DNA of 64,000 nt, taken from positions 11,406 to 75,405 of the forward strand of contig CAKOVH010000005.1 in assembly GCA_934121885.1 (NCBI GenBank), given 5' to 3'. Shown in pieces: positions 23,146 to 32,963 of the stretch. The number at the start of each line of letters is the position of its first letter. Positions within the stretch are counted from its first letter, which is position 1. This stretch comes from an uncultured Clostridia bacterium (GTDB taxonomy: Bacteria; Bacillota; Clostridia; TANB77; CAG-508). Below the pieces are notes generated by a model. That model did no database searches, was not told where the DNA came from, and worked only from the letters and a program-made list of their open reading frames with translations. The translations under genes and the position numbers were made by a program.

Positions 23146-24553
23146 TTATAATTTCTTCAACTTTTTCTTTTACTTTATCTCTTAAATGAATTGTATAAAT
23201 ATCGTATAAAATATATATAGTATCTATTCCGTCTAGCTGTATATTGCTTGCTGCTTCTATTTCGTCTCGCATATGAATAATTTTTTCTTTTGGTATATCT
23301 GCCATTTGTAATCTTACATATGTGTCTAAATGTCTTACACCTGTTGTTATTATTTGTTTTATACTTTCGTCATTTAAAAATTCGTAATCTGTATCATAAT
23401 GCCATGTTATATTTTCTGAACTTTCAAGAGCATCATGAAAGTCATCTAATATTAATATAACTGCTTTATTTCCAGGCTCTTTCTTTATATAATCAAATAC
23501 TCTTGAACATGCAATAGGATTCATTCCTTTTGCTAAATGTGTTACTATCTTTTTATCTTTAACTGTTTCTTCTGCAAATCTTGTTTCTACAACTTTTTGT
23601 TTCTTTAAAGAATTATTGATTTTTTCAGCGTCAAATCCTAATTCTCTTAACAAACTTATTGTAGCTACCATATTGTATATGTTTATAATTCCATCTGTAA
23701 TTAAATCATAAATTTCTTCACTTTCACCAATCTTCATTGTCATCTTTTTATTTTCTAAATCAATTTTAGTAATTTCATAATTAATTTTTGGTGAACCAAA
23801 ATCACAGTTTTCACAGTGTGCTCTTCCTATATGATGGTATCTTACATAATCATATTTTAACTTTCCATTACATTTAGGGCAAACTACAATATCTCTTACA
23901 ATGTTTTGGCATTCATCTGTATCTGTATCTAGTCTATCAATTCCAAAATATACTCTATCATTTTCTGGTGCAATATTTCCAGAAATTAAATCATCACCAT
24001 TTAAAATAAGTTTTGTTTCTTTTGGTATATATTTTGTAAGTATATCTGCTATAAATTCTGCATGAGCATTTCTAAGCATTGAGTCACGGAATAAATTTGT
24101 ACAAACTAAATATGTTGGTGTTAAATATGGATATACTTTATTTGCACTTCTTTCATCTACTTCTAGTACTGCTATTTGTTTTTTAGTTTTACCTCTAAGG
24201 TTTGCCCCTTTTATAAATGCTGTTGCAACACCTGATGCAACATTAGAGCCTAATTTATTATCTATATAATCATATCCATTATCTTTTAAAACATCTTCTA
24301 TCATATTACATACTGTTGTTTTTCCATTTGTACCTGTTACGGCAATAACCGTTTCAGGCTTGTCTATTCTTGCTATAAAATCTGGGCATACAGTTATTGC
24401 GAATTTTCCTGGAAAATATGTTGCATTCTTTCTTAGTAATTTTAATAATATTGTTCCTGCTTTTGCTCCCCATAGAGCTATATAAAATTTTAAATTTTTC
24501 TTCATATTTTTAGTCCTCTCTGTTTTATACATTTTCACATATATTTTATACAT
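23132..24553 (-). CDS. murT: Mur ligase-family protein MurT (lipid II isoglutamine synthase)
   Basis: GTNGKTT P-loop, Mur ligase central domain, C-terminal DUF1727-like CxxC...CxxC zinc ribbon. Adjacent to gatD. True start may be the internal MKKNLKF. Confidence 0.85.
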   Translation of the reverse strand: MYKIYVKMYKTERTKNMKKNLKFYIALWGAKAGTILLKLLRKNATYFPGKFAITVCPDFIARIDKPETVIAVTGTNGKTTVCNMIEDVLKDNGYDYIDNKLGSNVASGVATAFIKGANLRGKTKKQIAVLEVDERSANKVYPYLTPTYLVCTNLFRDSMLRNAHAEFIADILTKYIPKETKLILNGDDLISGNIAPENDRVYFGIDRLDTDTDECQNIVRDIVVCPKCNGKLKYDYVRYHHIGRAHCENCDFGSPKINYEITKIDLENKKMTMKIGESEEIYDLITDGIINIYNMVATISLLRELGFDAEKINNSLKKQKVVETRFAEETVKDKKIVTHLAKGMNPIACSRVFDYIKKEPGNKAVILILDDFHDALESSENITWHYDTDYEFLNDESIKQIITTGVRHLDTYVRLQMADIPKEKIIHMRDEIEAASNIQLDGIDTIYILYDIYTIHLRDKVKEKVEEIINEEK

Positions 24554-24595
24554 ATTTTATGTATTTATCAAGTATTTAAGGTCAAAAAATAAAAC

Positions 24596-24640
24596 CTAAG
24601 TTACTAATTTTAATTTAGTAACTTAGGTTTTTCTATTTCA
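24596..24640 (-). terminator. Rho-independent terminator of the aminotransferase gene
   Basis: 13-bp perfect stem cctaagttactaa / ttagtaacttagg, loop ttttaat, U-run on minus strand. Confidence 0.7.
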
Positions 24641-25883
24641 AAATTTCTTTTATTGATTCTTTTACTATTTCTAGTCCTTTTAATAATAGTTCATCTTCTA
24701 TTACAAGTGATGGCATTATTTTTAATACAGAATCATAACTTCCTGCAAGTTCAATTATTAACTTCTTTTCAAAGCATTTATCAAGCACTGCTCTTGCAAG
24801 TTTTCCGTCGTTAAATTCTATTCCCCAGCTTAAACCTATTCCTCTTATTTCCATTCCATCTTTTAATAATGGTTTTACTTCTTTTTCAAGATAGTCCTTT
24901 ACTATTTTTTCTTTTCTCTTAACTTGTCCTGGAATGTCTTGTTCAACTGTCATCTCAAGCGCTGCAAGTCCTGCTACCATAGATAATTGACATCCTCTAA
25001 ATGTTCCATTATGTTCTCCAGGATTAAATACATCTAATTCTCTTTTAAATAATGTTACAGCAAATGGAATTCCGTAACCTCCAATAGATTTTGACATACA
25101 TACTATATCAGGTATAATGTCTGCTCTTTCAAATGAGAAAAATGTTCCAGATCTAGAACAACCAATTTGAACTTCATCACAAATTAATAATATATCGTGT
25201 TTATCGCAAAATGCTCTTAAATCTTTTAAAAATTCTTTACTAAATACACGAATTCCACCCTCTTGTTGTACTGTTTCTATAATTATTGCTGCTGGTTTTT
25301 CGTATCCTGAATGGTCATCTGATAACATATTTTCCATATACCCTATTGTATCAAAATTTCCACCCATAGAATATGGTGCTGGTATATGTTCTGTAAATTG
25401 TAATGGAACCCCTGCTCCTGCTCTTGCAGCAGCTTCAGTTGTTAATGCAAGTGCTCCTAAAGTCATTCCATGAAATGCTCCTGTAAATGCCCATATGTAT
25501 GGTCTTTTTTTAACTTTTCTTGCAAGTTTTAGAGCAAGTTCTATAGCATTTGTTCCTGTTGGTCCAGGAAATGCTATTTTATAATCTAAATTACGTGGTT
25601 TTAATATTTTTTCTTCAAAGTAGCTTATAAATTTTTCTTTTGGAACTGCATACATATCTAAAGAATGAACTATTCCATCACTTTGTAAATATTCTATTAA
25701 TTTTTCTTTTATATAATCTGGATTATGTCCATAATTTAATGCTCCTGCTCCATCAAAAAAATCTATATACTCGTTTCCATCTACATCTTTATATATAGAG
25801 CCTTTTGCATATTTCATTTCAACAGGCCATTTTCTACAATAACTTCTTACATTAGATTCATATTTTTCAAATGTTTCTTTCAT
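24633..25883 (-). CDS. Class III aminotransferase, diaminobutyrate--2-oxoglutarate transaminase (EctB/Dat) family
   Basis: 416 aa. N-terminal YESNVRSYCRKWP closely resembles the EctB signature. PLP Lys context SKSIGG. Confidence 0.75.
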   Translation of the reverse strand: MKETFEKYESNVRSYCRKWPVEMKYAKGSIYKDVDGNEYIDFFDGAGALNYGHNPDYIKEKLIEYLQSDGIVHSLDMYAVPKEKFISYFEEKILKPRNLDYKIAFPGPTGTNAIELALKLARKVKKRPYIWAFTGAFHGMTLGALALTTEAAARAGAGVPLQFTEHIPAPYSMGGNFDTIGYMENMLSDDHSGYEKPAAIIIETVQQEGGIRVFSKEFLKDLRAFCDKHDILLICDEVQIGCSRSGTFFSFERADIIPDIVCMSKSIGGYGIPFAVTLFKRELDVFNPGEHNGTFRGCQLSMVAGLAALEMTVEQDIPGQVKRKEKIVKDYLEKEVKPLLKDGMEIRGIGLSWGIEFNDGKLARAVLDKCFEKKLIIELAGSYDSVLKIMPSLVIEDELLLKGLEIVKESIKEILK

Positions 25884-25961
25884 AAAATCAACTCCTTATT
25901 CGCACATTTTATTACAACTGCTTGTCTATTACAATAGTATTAATAAAATTTTCACATTAAT

Positions 25962-25990
25962 TTCAAAAAGCTGGCAATTTCTTACCAGCT
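25962..25990 (-). terminator. Terminator after the 81-aa hypothetical gene
   Basis: aagctgg / ccagctt stem followed by a T-run on the minus strand. Confidence 0.55.
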
Positions 25991-25995
25991 TTTGC

Positions 25996-26241
25996 TTAAC
26001 TTTTGAACACCTCATATAGTAAAGCTTCAATGCTTGAAATTCTTCTTTCAAATACTTTATTTGTCATATCGCAAATCTCGTCATACTCAATAAGTTTTGA
26101 AAATTTTTGCATGTTTACTTTATGATTTTGTTCAGTCATCTTTTTTACATTTATTTGTTCTTTTTTTATTTCATCTAATACTACATTTATTTCCATAATT
26201 AGTTCTTCAAGTGTTTTATCCTTTTTTGATAAATTTGGCAT
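25996..26241 (-). CDS. Hypothetical small protein (81 aa)
   Basis: ORF with its own terminator. No recognizable family. Confidence 0.4.
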   Translation of the reverse strand: MPNLSKKDKTLEELIMEINVVLDEIKKEQINVKKMTEQNHKVNMQKFSKLIEYDEICDMTNKVFERRISSIEALLYEVFKS

Positions 26242-26322
26242 ATTATCACCTCTTTAAACAAATTATAAAATAATTGTAGCATATTATCTTATTTCAATCA
26301 ATAGTTTTAGCGAAATTTTGTT

Positions 26323-28083
26323 TTATTTTTCTTGAATATCTACTTTTATATGCACATCTTTCAACTGTTTATCTGTTACTGTATTTGGAGCTCTCATTAA
26401 TAAATCTCTTGCCTTTTTATTTTTAGGAAATGCTATTACCTCTCTTATATTATCTGAATCTGATATAAGCATTACCATTCTATCAAGTCCAGGTGCAGCT
26501 CCTGCATGTGGAGGTGTTCCATATTGGAAGGCATTGTATAATGCTCCAAATCTTGTCTCAACTTCTTTTTCCGTATATCCTGCAATTTCAAAAGCTTTTA
26601 CCATCAATTCTGGATCATGGTTTCTAACGGCTCCTGATGCCATTTCATATCCATTACATACAACATCATATTGGTATGCAAGTATATCAAGTGGATTCAT
26701 ATTTTCTAATGCTTCCATTCCACCTTGTGGCATTGAAAATGGATTATGATTAAAGTCTATTGTTCCTTCATCAGATAATTCGTACATTGGAAAATCTACT
26801 ATTAAACAGAATTTATATATATTTTTTTCTATTAAATCTAATCTTTTTCCAAGTTCAATTCTAACAAGTCCTGCTATTTTTTGTGTTTTTTCTAAGTTTT
26901 CATCTGCAACAAAGAATGCTGCTGAATTTGGTTCTAATCCAAATTTCTCTTCTAATTCTTTTTGCATATTCTCTGTAATAAATTTAGAAATTCCACCAGT
27001 GATAGTTTTTTCGTTATCAAATTTAAACCATGCTAACCCACTCGCTCCTGCTTCTTCTTTAGCAAAGTCTGTCATATTATCAAAGAACTTTCTTCCTTGT
27101 TCAGCACAATTTGGAACTATAAGCATTTTTACAGTTTTACCTTTGAATGCATTAAATTCACTATTTTCGAATAGCTTACTTGCATCTTGAATTATTAATG
27201 GATTTCTTAAATCTGGTTTATCTATTCCGTATTTTTCCATTGCTTCTCTATATGGTATACGTACAAATGGTCCTTCTTCTACTTTCCAATTTGTATGTTC
27301 CTTAAATACTGTTGGAATTACATCTTCTAATACTTTAAATACATCTTCTTGTTCTGCAAAACTCATTTCAAAATCTAACTGATAAAACTCTCCAGGTGCT
27401 CTATCTGCTCTTGGATCTTCATCTCTAAAGCATGGTGCAATTTGATAATATTTATTAAAACCTGATACCATAAGTAATTGTTTAAATTGTTGAGGTGCTT
27501 GTGGAAGTGCATAAAACTCTCCTGGATGTAATCTACTTGGTACCAAAAAGTCTCTTGCTCCCTCTGGTGATGAATTTGCAAGTATTGGTGTTTGAATTTC
27601 TGTAAAACCTAATTCGTCCATTTTTCTTCTTAATGTTTTCATTATTTTAGAACGAAGTAAAATATTTTTGTGAAGTTTATCATTTCTTAAATCTAAGAAA
27701 CGGTATTCTAAACGTAAATCTTCTCTAACATCTCCTGCTGTTTCTGAATTTATTTCAAAAGGTAAAACACTTTTGCACTTTCCAAGAACTTTTATTTCTT
27801 CTGCATCAATTTCAATTTCACCTGTTGCAATTTTAGCATTTTTATTACTTCTTTCAACTACTGTTCCTTTAACACTTATAACTGTTTCAGTTACTAATCC
27901 CTCTGTTTGTTTTCTTATTTTTTCGTTATCAGATATAACTATCTGAGTAATTCCAAATTCATCTCTTAAATCTATAAATTGCATTGCTCCTAAATTTCTA
28001 ATTTTTTGTATCCATCCTGCAATTACAACTGTTTGTCCTACATTTTCTATATTTAATTCTCCACAATTATGATCTCTATACAT
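26323..28083 (-). CDS. aspS: Aspartyl-tRNA synthetase
   Basis: 586 aa. N-terminal OB fold, class II motifs (FRDE, GGAPGLDR). Confidence 0.95.
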   Translation of the reverse strand: MYRDHNCGELNIENVGQTVVIAGWIQKIRNLGAMQFIDLRDEFGITQIVISDNEKIRKQTEGLVTETVISVKGTVVERSNKNAKIATGEIEIDAEEIKVLGKCKSVLPFEINSETAGDVREDLRLEYRFLDLRNDKLHKNILLRSKIMKTLRRKMDELGFTEIQTPILANSSPEGARDFLVPSRLHPGEFYALPQAPQQFKQLLMVSGFNKYYQIAPCFRDEDPRADRAPGEFYQLDFEMSFAEQEDVFKVLEDVIPTVFKEHTNWKVEEGPFVRIPYREAMEKYGIDKPDLRNPLIIQDASKLFENSEFNAFKGKTVKMLIVPNCAEQGRKFFDNMTDFAKEEAGASGLAWFKFDNEKTITGGISKFITENMQKELEEKFGLEPNSAAFFVADENLEKTQKIAGLVRIELGKRLDLIEKNIYKFCLIVDFPMYELSDEGTIDFNHNPFSMPQGGMEALENMNPLDILAYQYDVVCNGYEMASGAVRNHDPELMVKAFEIAGYTEKEVETRFGALYNAFQYGTPPHAGAAPGLDRMVMLISDSDNIREVIAFPKNKKARDLLMRAPNTVTDKQLKDVHIKVDIQEK

Positions 28084-28181
28084 TTTATAACTTCCTCTCT
28101 ATTTATGCCTATTTTGCAAATATTTTATCACAATTGTGTTATTTAAACAATAGATTTATGTTTATTTCTTGGAATTGTGAC

Positions 28182-28216
28182 ATAAAAAACTACATACCAA
28201 ATATTTGATATGTAGC
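28182..28216 (-). terminator. Terminator downstream of rpsR
   Basis: ctacata / tatgtag stem with U-run on the minus strand. Confidence 0.55.
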
Positions 28217-28224
28217 TTTTAATA

Positions 28225-28509
28225 CTATTCTGCTGTGTATGGAAGTATAGCAATTTGTCTTGCTCTTTTTACTGTTAATGTAATATCTCTTTGATGTTTT
28301 GCACAAGCACCTGTTGCTCTTCTTGGAAGTATTTTTCCTTTATCATTAACAAATTTCTTTAATTGTTCAGCATTTTTATAATCTAAAACTAAATTTTTAT
28401 CTGCACATAATGGGCATACTTTCTTTCTCATTTTTCTGAATTTTGGATTAAAATTATCGTCTTGATTATTGTTTCTATTATTTTTTCTGTTTTTCTTATT
28501 GTCTGCCAT
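28225..28509 (-). CDS. rpsR: 30S ribosomal protein S18
   Basis: Start set at MADNKK (ATG 28507-28509) after a G-rich RBS. Conserved S18 core CPLCADK...[12 protein letters not shown]. Confidence 0.9.
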   Translation of the reverse strand: MADNKKNRKNNRNNNQDDNFNPKFRKMRKKVCPLCADKNLVLDYKNAEQLKKFVNDKGKILPRRATGACAKHQRDITLTVKRARQIAILPYTAE

Positions 28510-28564
28510 TTTATTTTCCCCCCTTGTCTCTCTTTTTGTATTTATATTCTCATATATCATTCAT

Positions 28565-28996
28565 TTAGAATGGTAAATCATCACCTGAAGATATTTCAAA
28601 GTCTGAACCTGCTCCTGCGTTTGCAGATGGCATTGCTCCAAATGTTGCATCAAAGTTTGCACTTGAATCTCCGTCTCTTCTTCCTTCTGCGAAATATGCT
28701 TCTTCTGCTACAACCTCTGTAATATAGTGTTTTTGACCTTGATCATCATCCCAAGTTCTTGTTTGTATTCTTCCTATAATACTTACTTGTTGACCTTTTT
28801 TGAAGTACTTGCTACAAAATTCACCTAATTTTCCCCAAGCAACAACATTTATAAAGTCAGCTTGTCTTTCTTCACCTTGTCTTACAAATCTTCTATTAAC
28901 TGCAAGAGAAAATGAAGCAACTAAGGTATTACTTGTTTGTGTATACCTTACTTCTGGGTCTCTAGTTAATCTACCCATTAGAATTACTTTGTTCAT
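28565..28996 (-). CDS. ssb: Single-stranded DNA-binding protein
   Basis: 143 aa. OB-fold N-terminus, acidic C-terminal tail DDLPF. Confidence 0.95.
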   Translation of the reverse strand: MNKVILMGRLTRDPEVRYTQTSNTLVASFSLAVNRRFVRQGEERQADFINVVAWGKLGEFCSKYFKKGQQVSIIGRIQTRTWDDDQGQKHYITEVVAEEAYFAEGRRDGDSSANFDATFGAMPSANAGAGSDFEISSGDDLPF

Positions 28997-29035
28997 AAAT
29001 TACACCTTTCCTTTCTAAAATAAAAGGCCCCCGAA

Positions 29036-29314
29036 TTATTTCTTTACTGTTATAAATTTAATTACTTCATCTGCAATTCTGTAATTTCTTTCTAGTTCAG
29101 CGATTAAGCTTGGATTAGCATCAAATTCGAATACAACATAAAAACCTTCTTTGTTTTTATCGATTTCGTAAGCTAATTTCTTTTTACCAAGTTCATCAAC
29201 TTTTTCTAACTTACCATCATTATTAATTAATGTAGAAAATCTATCAATTAAAGATTTAATTGTTTCTTCCTCAACATTTGGATTAATAATGATAACACTC
29301 TCGTATTTATTCAT
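29036..29314 (-). CDS. rpsF: 30S ribosomal protein S6
   Basis: 92 aa. Conserved rpsF-ssb-rpsR order, GGAGG RBS. Confidence 0.9.
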   Translation of the reverse strand: MNKYESVIIINPNVEEETIKSLIDRFSTLINNDGKLEKVDELGKKKLAYEIDKNKEGFYVVFEFDANPSLIAELERNYRIADEVIKFITVKK

Positions 29315-29371
29315 TATCTTTCACCTCCTCGTGGATATATAACCTGCATTTATTCCTGCAAGTAAGGAATG

Positions 29372-29404
29372 AAAAAAATAGTAACGCTATTTTTAACGTT
29401 ACTA
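29372..29404 (-). terminator. Terminator after the M50 protease gene, upstream of the rpsF promoter
   Basis: tagtaacg / cgttacta stem followed by U7 on the minus strand. Confidence 0.6.
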
Positions 29405-29445
29405 TTTTATCACGATTTAATAGGAATTGCAAGGGTTTATTCAAA

Positions 29446-30096
29446 TTATTCTTTATCACATATAACATTTGCTTTTTTCCTGGTCTCAGCAATCATAATT
29501 ATCCATAAATATGCAACAATCAAAGCTATTGATATGTTATGTATAAATAGTACTCCTATACTTGCAAGCACTGTTAAAAATATGATGGTTGTTTTTGAAA
29601 TTAAATATGTAGATTTATATGATTTTTTAAATCCAATTGTAAGGTATAAAATTTCTTTTAAAGCCCTTCCTCCATCTAAAGGATAAATAGGTATTAGGTT
29701 AAATATTCCTATAAGCATGTTTGCATATATAATATCTTGAGTAGTTATATTCCACATTTTAAAATCTTGTATTCCCAAAATAGTATTGGTTAAGAATATA
29801 ATAATAAATATTATTATCAAATTCGTCATTGGTCCTGCAATTGCAATAATAGCCCTTTTTATACTTGCCTCTTTAGTACCTATATTACTTTCATCTTTTT
29901 CTTCTAACTCCATTTTAAATCCTAACGGATTTATTTTTATTTCTTTTGGTCTATACCCTAAAATAATTCCAGCACATAAATGTCCAAGCTCATGAATTAA
30001 TGCAAAAATCATTAAAACAAGGTAAATGTCAAGTTGTGATGTAAAAGCAAATAATATTAAAAACAGCCCTATCATTAAATCTATTTTAACTCTCAT
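29446..30096 (-). CDS. Site-2 protease family (peptidase M50) membrane metalloprotease, SpoIVFB-like, short form without CBS domain
   Basis: 216 aa. HELGHL HExxH in a TM helix, LDGG motif, polytopic membrane protein. Immediately downstream of an M23 (SpoIVFA-like) gene. Confidence 0.7.
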   Translation of the reverse strand: MRVKIDLMIGLFLILFAFTSQLDIYLVLMIFALIHELGHLCAGIILGYRPKEIKINPLGFKMELEEKDESNIGTKEASIKRAIIAIAGPMTNLIIIFIIIFLTNTILGIQDFKMWNITTQDIIYANMLIGIFNLIPIYPLDGGRALKEILYLTIGFKKSYKSTYLISKTTIIFLTVLASIGVLFIHNISIALIVAYLWIIMIAETRKKANVICDKE

Positions 30097-30127
30097 CTTA
30101 TGATTTATTCTCCCTTCATATGAAGTT

Positions 30128-31168
30128 TTAGAATTTTAATATATATTCTGGATTAATAGTTCTTCCATCTCTTATAACCTCAAAATGTAAATGTGGGCCA
30201 GTTGCTCTACCAGTTGAACCAACCTCTGCTATTTTTTGCCCTTGCTTTATTTTAGCTCCTTCTTTTACAACAATTTTACTGCAATGTGCATATCTTGTAA
30301 GAACTTCTCCATTTGTTATTTCTACATGCTTTCCATAATCGCCTTCTGATGATACAAGACTTACTGTTCCTTCCATTGCTGCATATATTGCAGTTCCAGT
30401 ATTTGCCCCTATATCAATTCCTTTATGATTTGCAGATACAATTTCTGTTGCTTCTCTTGATCCATATCTTGATGTAATTACGCCTTTAAGTGGCAATTTA
30501 AAGCTATACTTTTCTTTTACATATTCTGCATCAATTTCCATTTGTGACTTGTCTTTTTTTTCTGTACCCTCATCTGCAGATGCCTCTTCTACTTCATTTG
30601 TCTCTGCACCTCCAATTCCAACAGCTTCTTCATTTTTCGTTTCTTCTTTATTTTCGCTTTCATTTTTATTTACATCATTATTGTCTGTTTTATTTTCTAC
30701 AGTATTTACAGAATTTTCATTCTTTACGTTATTAGCATCCGTATTCTCCACAGTATTTTCAGTAGTATTTGTATTTACTTCACTTCCTACTCCTGGGAAC
30801 TTATCTTTATTATCGTTCCAGAATGTGCAGATGCTATCATAAACCTTACCGAAATTTATATCATAAGATAACATTTCCTTTGTTTTTTTCATTACATCTT
30901 CTGAAAATATATAATTCGTATTTTTTATTAAATAAAAAATAACATAAATAACAGAGCATATTGCAAGTTGTAAAGTCATCTTTTTAAATAACGAAAATTT
31001 AGGCTTGCTACTATTTACATAGTTTCCAGATACTCTAACTCCACTACTCACATTTGCTCTTCTTCTTTGATAAATTTCTTCTGCTCTTCTAATTTTATCT
31101 TCTTGGCTTAGTATTCTTTCCATAATAAAAACACCTCTTCCTTTGTTGTTTTTTAATGTATATGTCAA
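30128..31168 (-). CDS. M23/LytM-domain membrane protein (SpoIVFA-like) with Asn/Thr/Glu-rich low-complexity linker
   Basis: 346 aa. N-terminal TM, C-terminal LytM domain (HKGIDIG...HLHFEV). Confidence 0.7.
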   Translation of the reverse strand: MTYTLKNNKGRGVFIMERILSQEDKIRRAEEIYQRRRANVSSGVRVSGNYVNSSKPKFSLFKKMTLQLAICSVIYVIFYLIKNTNYIFSEDVMKKTKEMLSYDINFGKVYDSICTFWNDNKDKFPGVGSEVNTNTTENTVENTDANNVKNENSVNTVENKTDNNDVNKNESENKEETKNEEAVGIGGAETNEVEEASADEGTEKKDKSQMEIDAEYVKEKYSFKLPLKGVITSRYGSREATEIVSANHKGIDIGANTGTAIYAAMEGTVSLVSSEGDYGKHVEITNGEVLTRYAHCSKIVVKEGAKIKQGQKIAEVGSTGRATGPHLHFEVIRDGRTINPEYILKF

Positions 31169-31193
31169 TTTGAGGTGTTTTATTACTATTAAA

Positions 31194-31604
31194 TTATATT
31201 ACACTTATAATAATGCTTATAAATGTTGCTATACCTAGCAATATATTTAGTTTTATAGATTGTTTATACTTTTTTTCTAATTTCTTTACATTGTTTTTCC
31301 ACTTTGGGGATTTTGTTTCTAAATTTGATAAATAATTATTTACAACAAGTTCTGCTTCTTTTATAATATACTCCTTCGTATTATCTGCAGTTTTACCTGT
31401 TTTTTTATTTTGCTTATCCACATTATCCCCTTTAATATCATCTGCATATTGATATTTTTTCACTTTTTTATTTTCTTTTAATACAACAATAGCCTCATCA
31501 ACTAAATTTGATGGCAAATTTCTAAGCACAATGATATTTTTCATATTACTAATATTCATATCATTTCCTCCACAATTTATATTCTTTATATAAATTTTTG
31601 CCAT
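31194..31604 (-). CDS. Hypothetical tail-anchored membrane protein
   Basis: 136 aa. Lys-rich, C-terminal TM. Confidence 0.4.
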   Translation of the reverse strand: MAKIYIKNINCGGNDMNISNMKNIIVLRNLPSNLVDEAIVVLKENKKVKKYQYADDIKGDNVDKQNKKTGKTADNTKEYIIKEAELVVNNYLSNLETKSPKWKNNVKKLEKKYKQSIKLNILLGIATFISIIISVI

Positions 31605-31615
31605 CTTTTATAATT

Positions 31616-32102
31616 CTATACAATTTTTATTTCATCTACAATGTTACATATTTTATCTGTAACTTGATTTGCTAAGTTTATTACAAAATCCCTTCTTACA
31701 TTTTTTAAAATATATTTATTTTCATCAAAAGAATTTCCAACCTTACCTACAATTCCTTTTACATATATATGAGATTTACATTCTATCCCACTTCCAAGAG
31801 ATGATCCTATATTAAAATCTCCCTTTCCTATAAATACACTTTCTTTAAAGTTTTTTTCGCTAAGTGCTGCATCCACGGCAATTATAAATGGATATACATA
31901 TCTTTTTATTTCCTTTTCAAAAACATAACCTGCATTTTTCATATCTAAGCACTTTTTTGTTCCGTCCATAAATAACTATTCTTTCATTGTTTAATCTTTT
32001 ATTTAGTAAGTCTCCTACAATTGGTCCTACTGAATCTCCAACCAAACTACAAGTTCCAATACATAATATTATAATATTTGTATACTCTAATTTTTCTAAC
32101 AT
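31616..32102 (-). CDS. yyaC: Spore protease YyaC-like (GPR/HybD-like peptidase fold), frame interrupted at an in-frame CGG
   Basis: Two overlapping ORFs (31917-32102 and 31616-31969). Motifs ILCIGT...GDSVGPIVG and IIAVDAAL match YyaC. In-frame CGG at 31962-31964. Skipping the C joins ...VIYG-GTKKCLDMK... Confidence 0.7.
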
Positions 32103-32124
32103 TTAAGCACCTCTTTTTTGCATT

Positions 32125-32370
32125 TTATTCTCTATGTGTTGCAATTATGATGCTAATGTTTTTATCTTTATTATACTTTTTTATAATATCCTCTGAAAAA
32201 CTTGCTATTTCATCAGATACAACAACCATTCTATAATCTTTTTTTACAAGTTCACTTATTTTTTCATCTGTTGTTTCTGGATCTTCTATTTTATATACAT
32301 CAAACCCTAATGCTTCTGGCATTTTAAAACTATTTATATCATTTTTGTATTTTATCCATGATATTTTCAA
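32125..32370 (-). CDS. Hypothetical 81-aa protein, weak resemblance to V-type ATPase subunit F-like fold
   Basis: Only a loose pattern match (ALGF...DYRMVVVSDEIAS). Confidence 0.3.
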   Translation of the reverse strand: MKISWIKYKNDINSFKMPEALGFDVYKIEDPETTDEKISELVKKDYRMVVVSDEIASFSEDIIKKYNKDKNISIIIATHRE

Positions 32371-32453
32371 ATCTTATCACCTTCTGTATTTTAGTTTCTG
32401 CCTTTTTTAGTATTTTATGCAAAAAATAAGGTAGTTTCCTACCTTATTTTCAT

Positions 32454-32963
32454 TTATCCTATAGCATTTTTTACATCCTCATCTTCATATAAATTTGGAT
32501 CTGAAATATACATTTTTGCTCTTTTATCACTTTGAATTGCAACAATTACAATATCTTTTTTCGCACGAAGTCTTTTACTTGCATATTTTAAAATAAGTCC
32601 CTTATTTTTTACAGCTTCATACACTACTTCATCATCATCTCTTAGTTCTTCTGATGCATAATAAAGTTCTTGCCCATTTATTTTTACACCTTCCATTACA
32701 AGTTCCCTATCTGCTCTTAATCTTTCACTTGCATAGCATACTGTCCATCCAACTTTTTTTACAGAAAGCATAACTACTTCTTTATCATCTTTTAATCTAT
32801 TACTTGCAAACTCAAGCGCATTACCATCTTGCTTAATTGCTTCCATTACCACTTCTTTATCATCTTTTAGTTCTGAAGATGCATAATCTAATAAACACCC
32901 TTTATTTTTTACCATTTCTAAAACATATTCTTTATCATTTTTCTTTGTTTCATCAAATTCCAT
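32454..32963 (-). CDS. DUF4116 repeat protein
   Basis: 169 aa built from tandem ~32-aa repeats (L.YAS..L+.D+E.V..AV..NG.AL). Confidence 0.6.
   Translation of the reverse strand: MEFDETKKNDKEYVLEMVKNKGCLLDYASSELKDDKEVVMEAIKQDGNALEFASNRLKDDKEVVMLSVKKVGWTVCYASERLRADRELVMEGVKINGQELYYASEELRDDDEVVYEAVKNKGLILKYASKRLRAKKDIVIVAIQSDKRAKMYISDPNLYEDEDVKNAIG

Noticed and set aside
30500-30840. Repetitive Asn/Thr/Glu/Val-rich segment in the M23 protein (and T/N-rich tail of the 158-aa pilus protein)
   Set aside because: Low-complexity protein linker regions, not DNA repeat elements or CRISPR-like arrays.
31941-31960. A6/T6 homopolymer next to the yyaC frame break as the cause of the shift
   Set aside because: The upstream-frame TAG and downstream-frame requirements place the shift at or before the CGG. 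Skipping the C of CGG gives a clean junction, consistent with the four other CGG sites.
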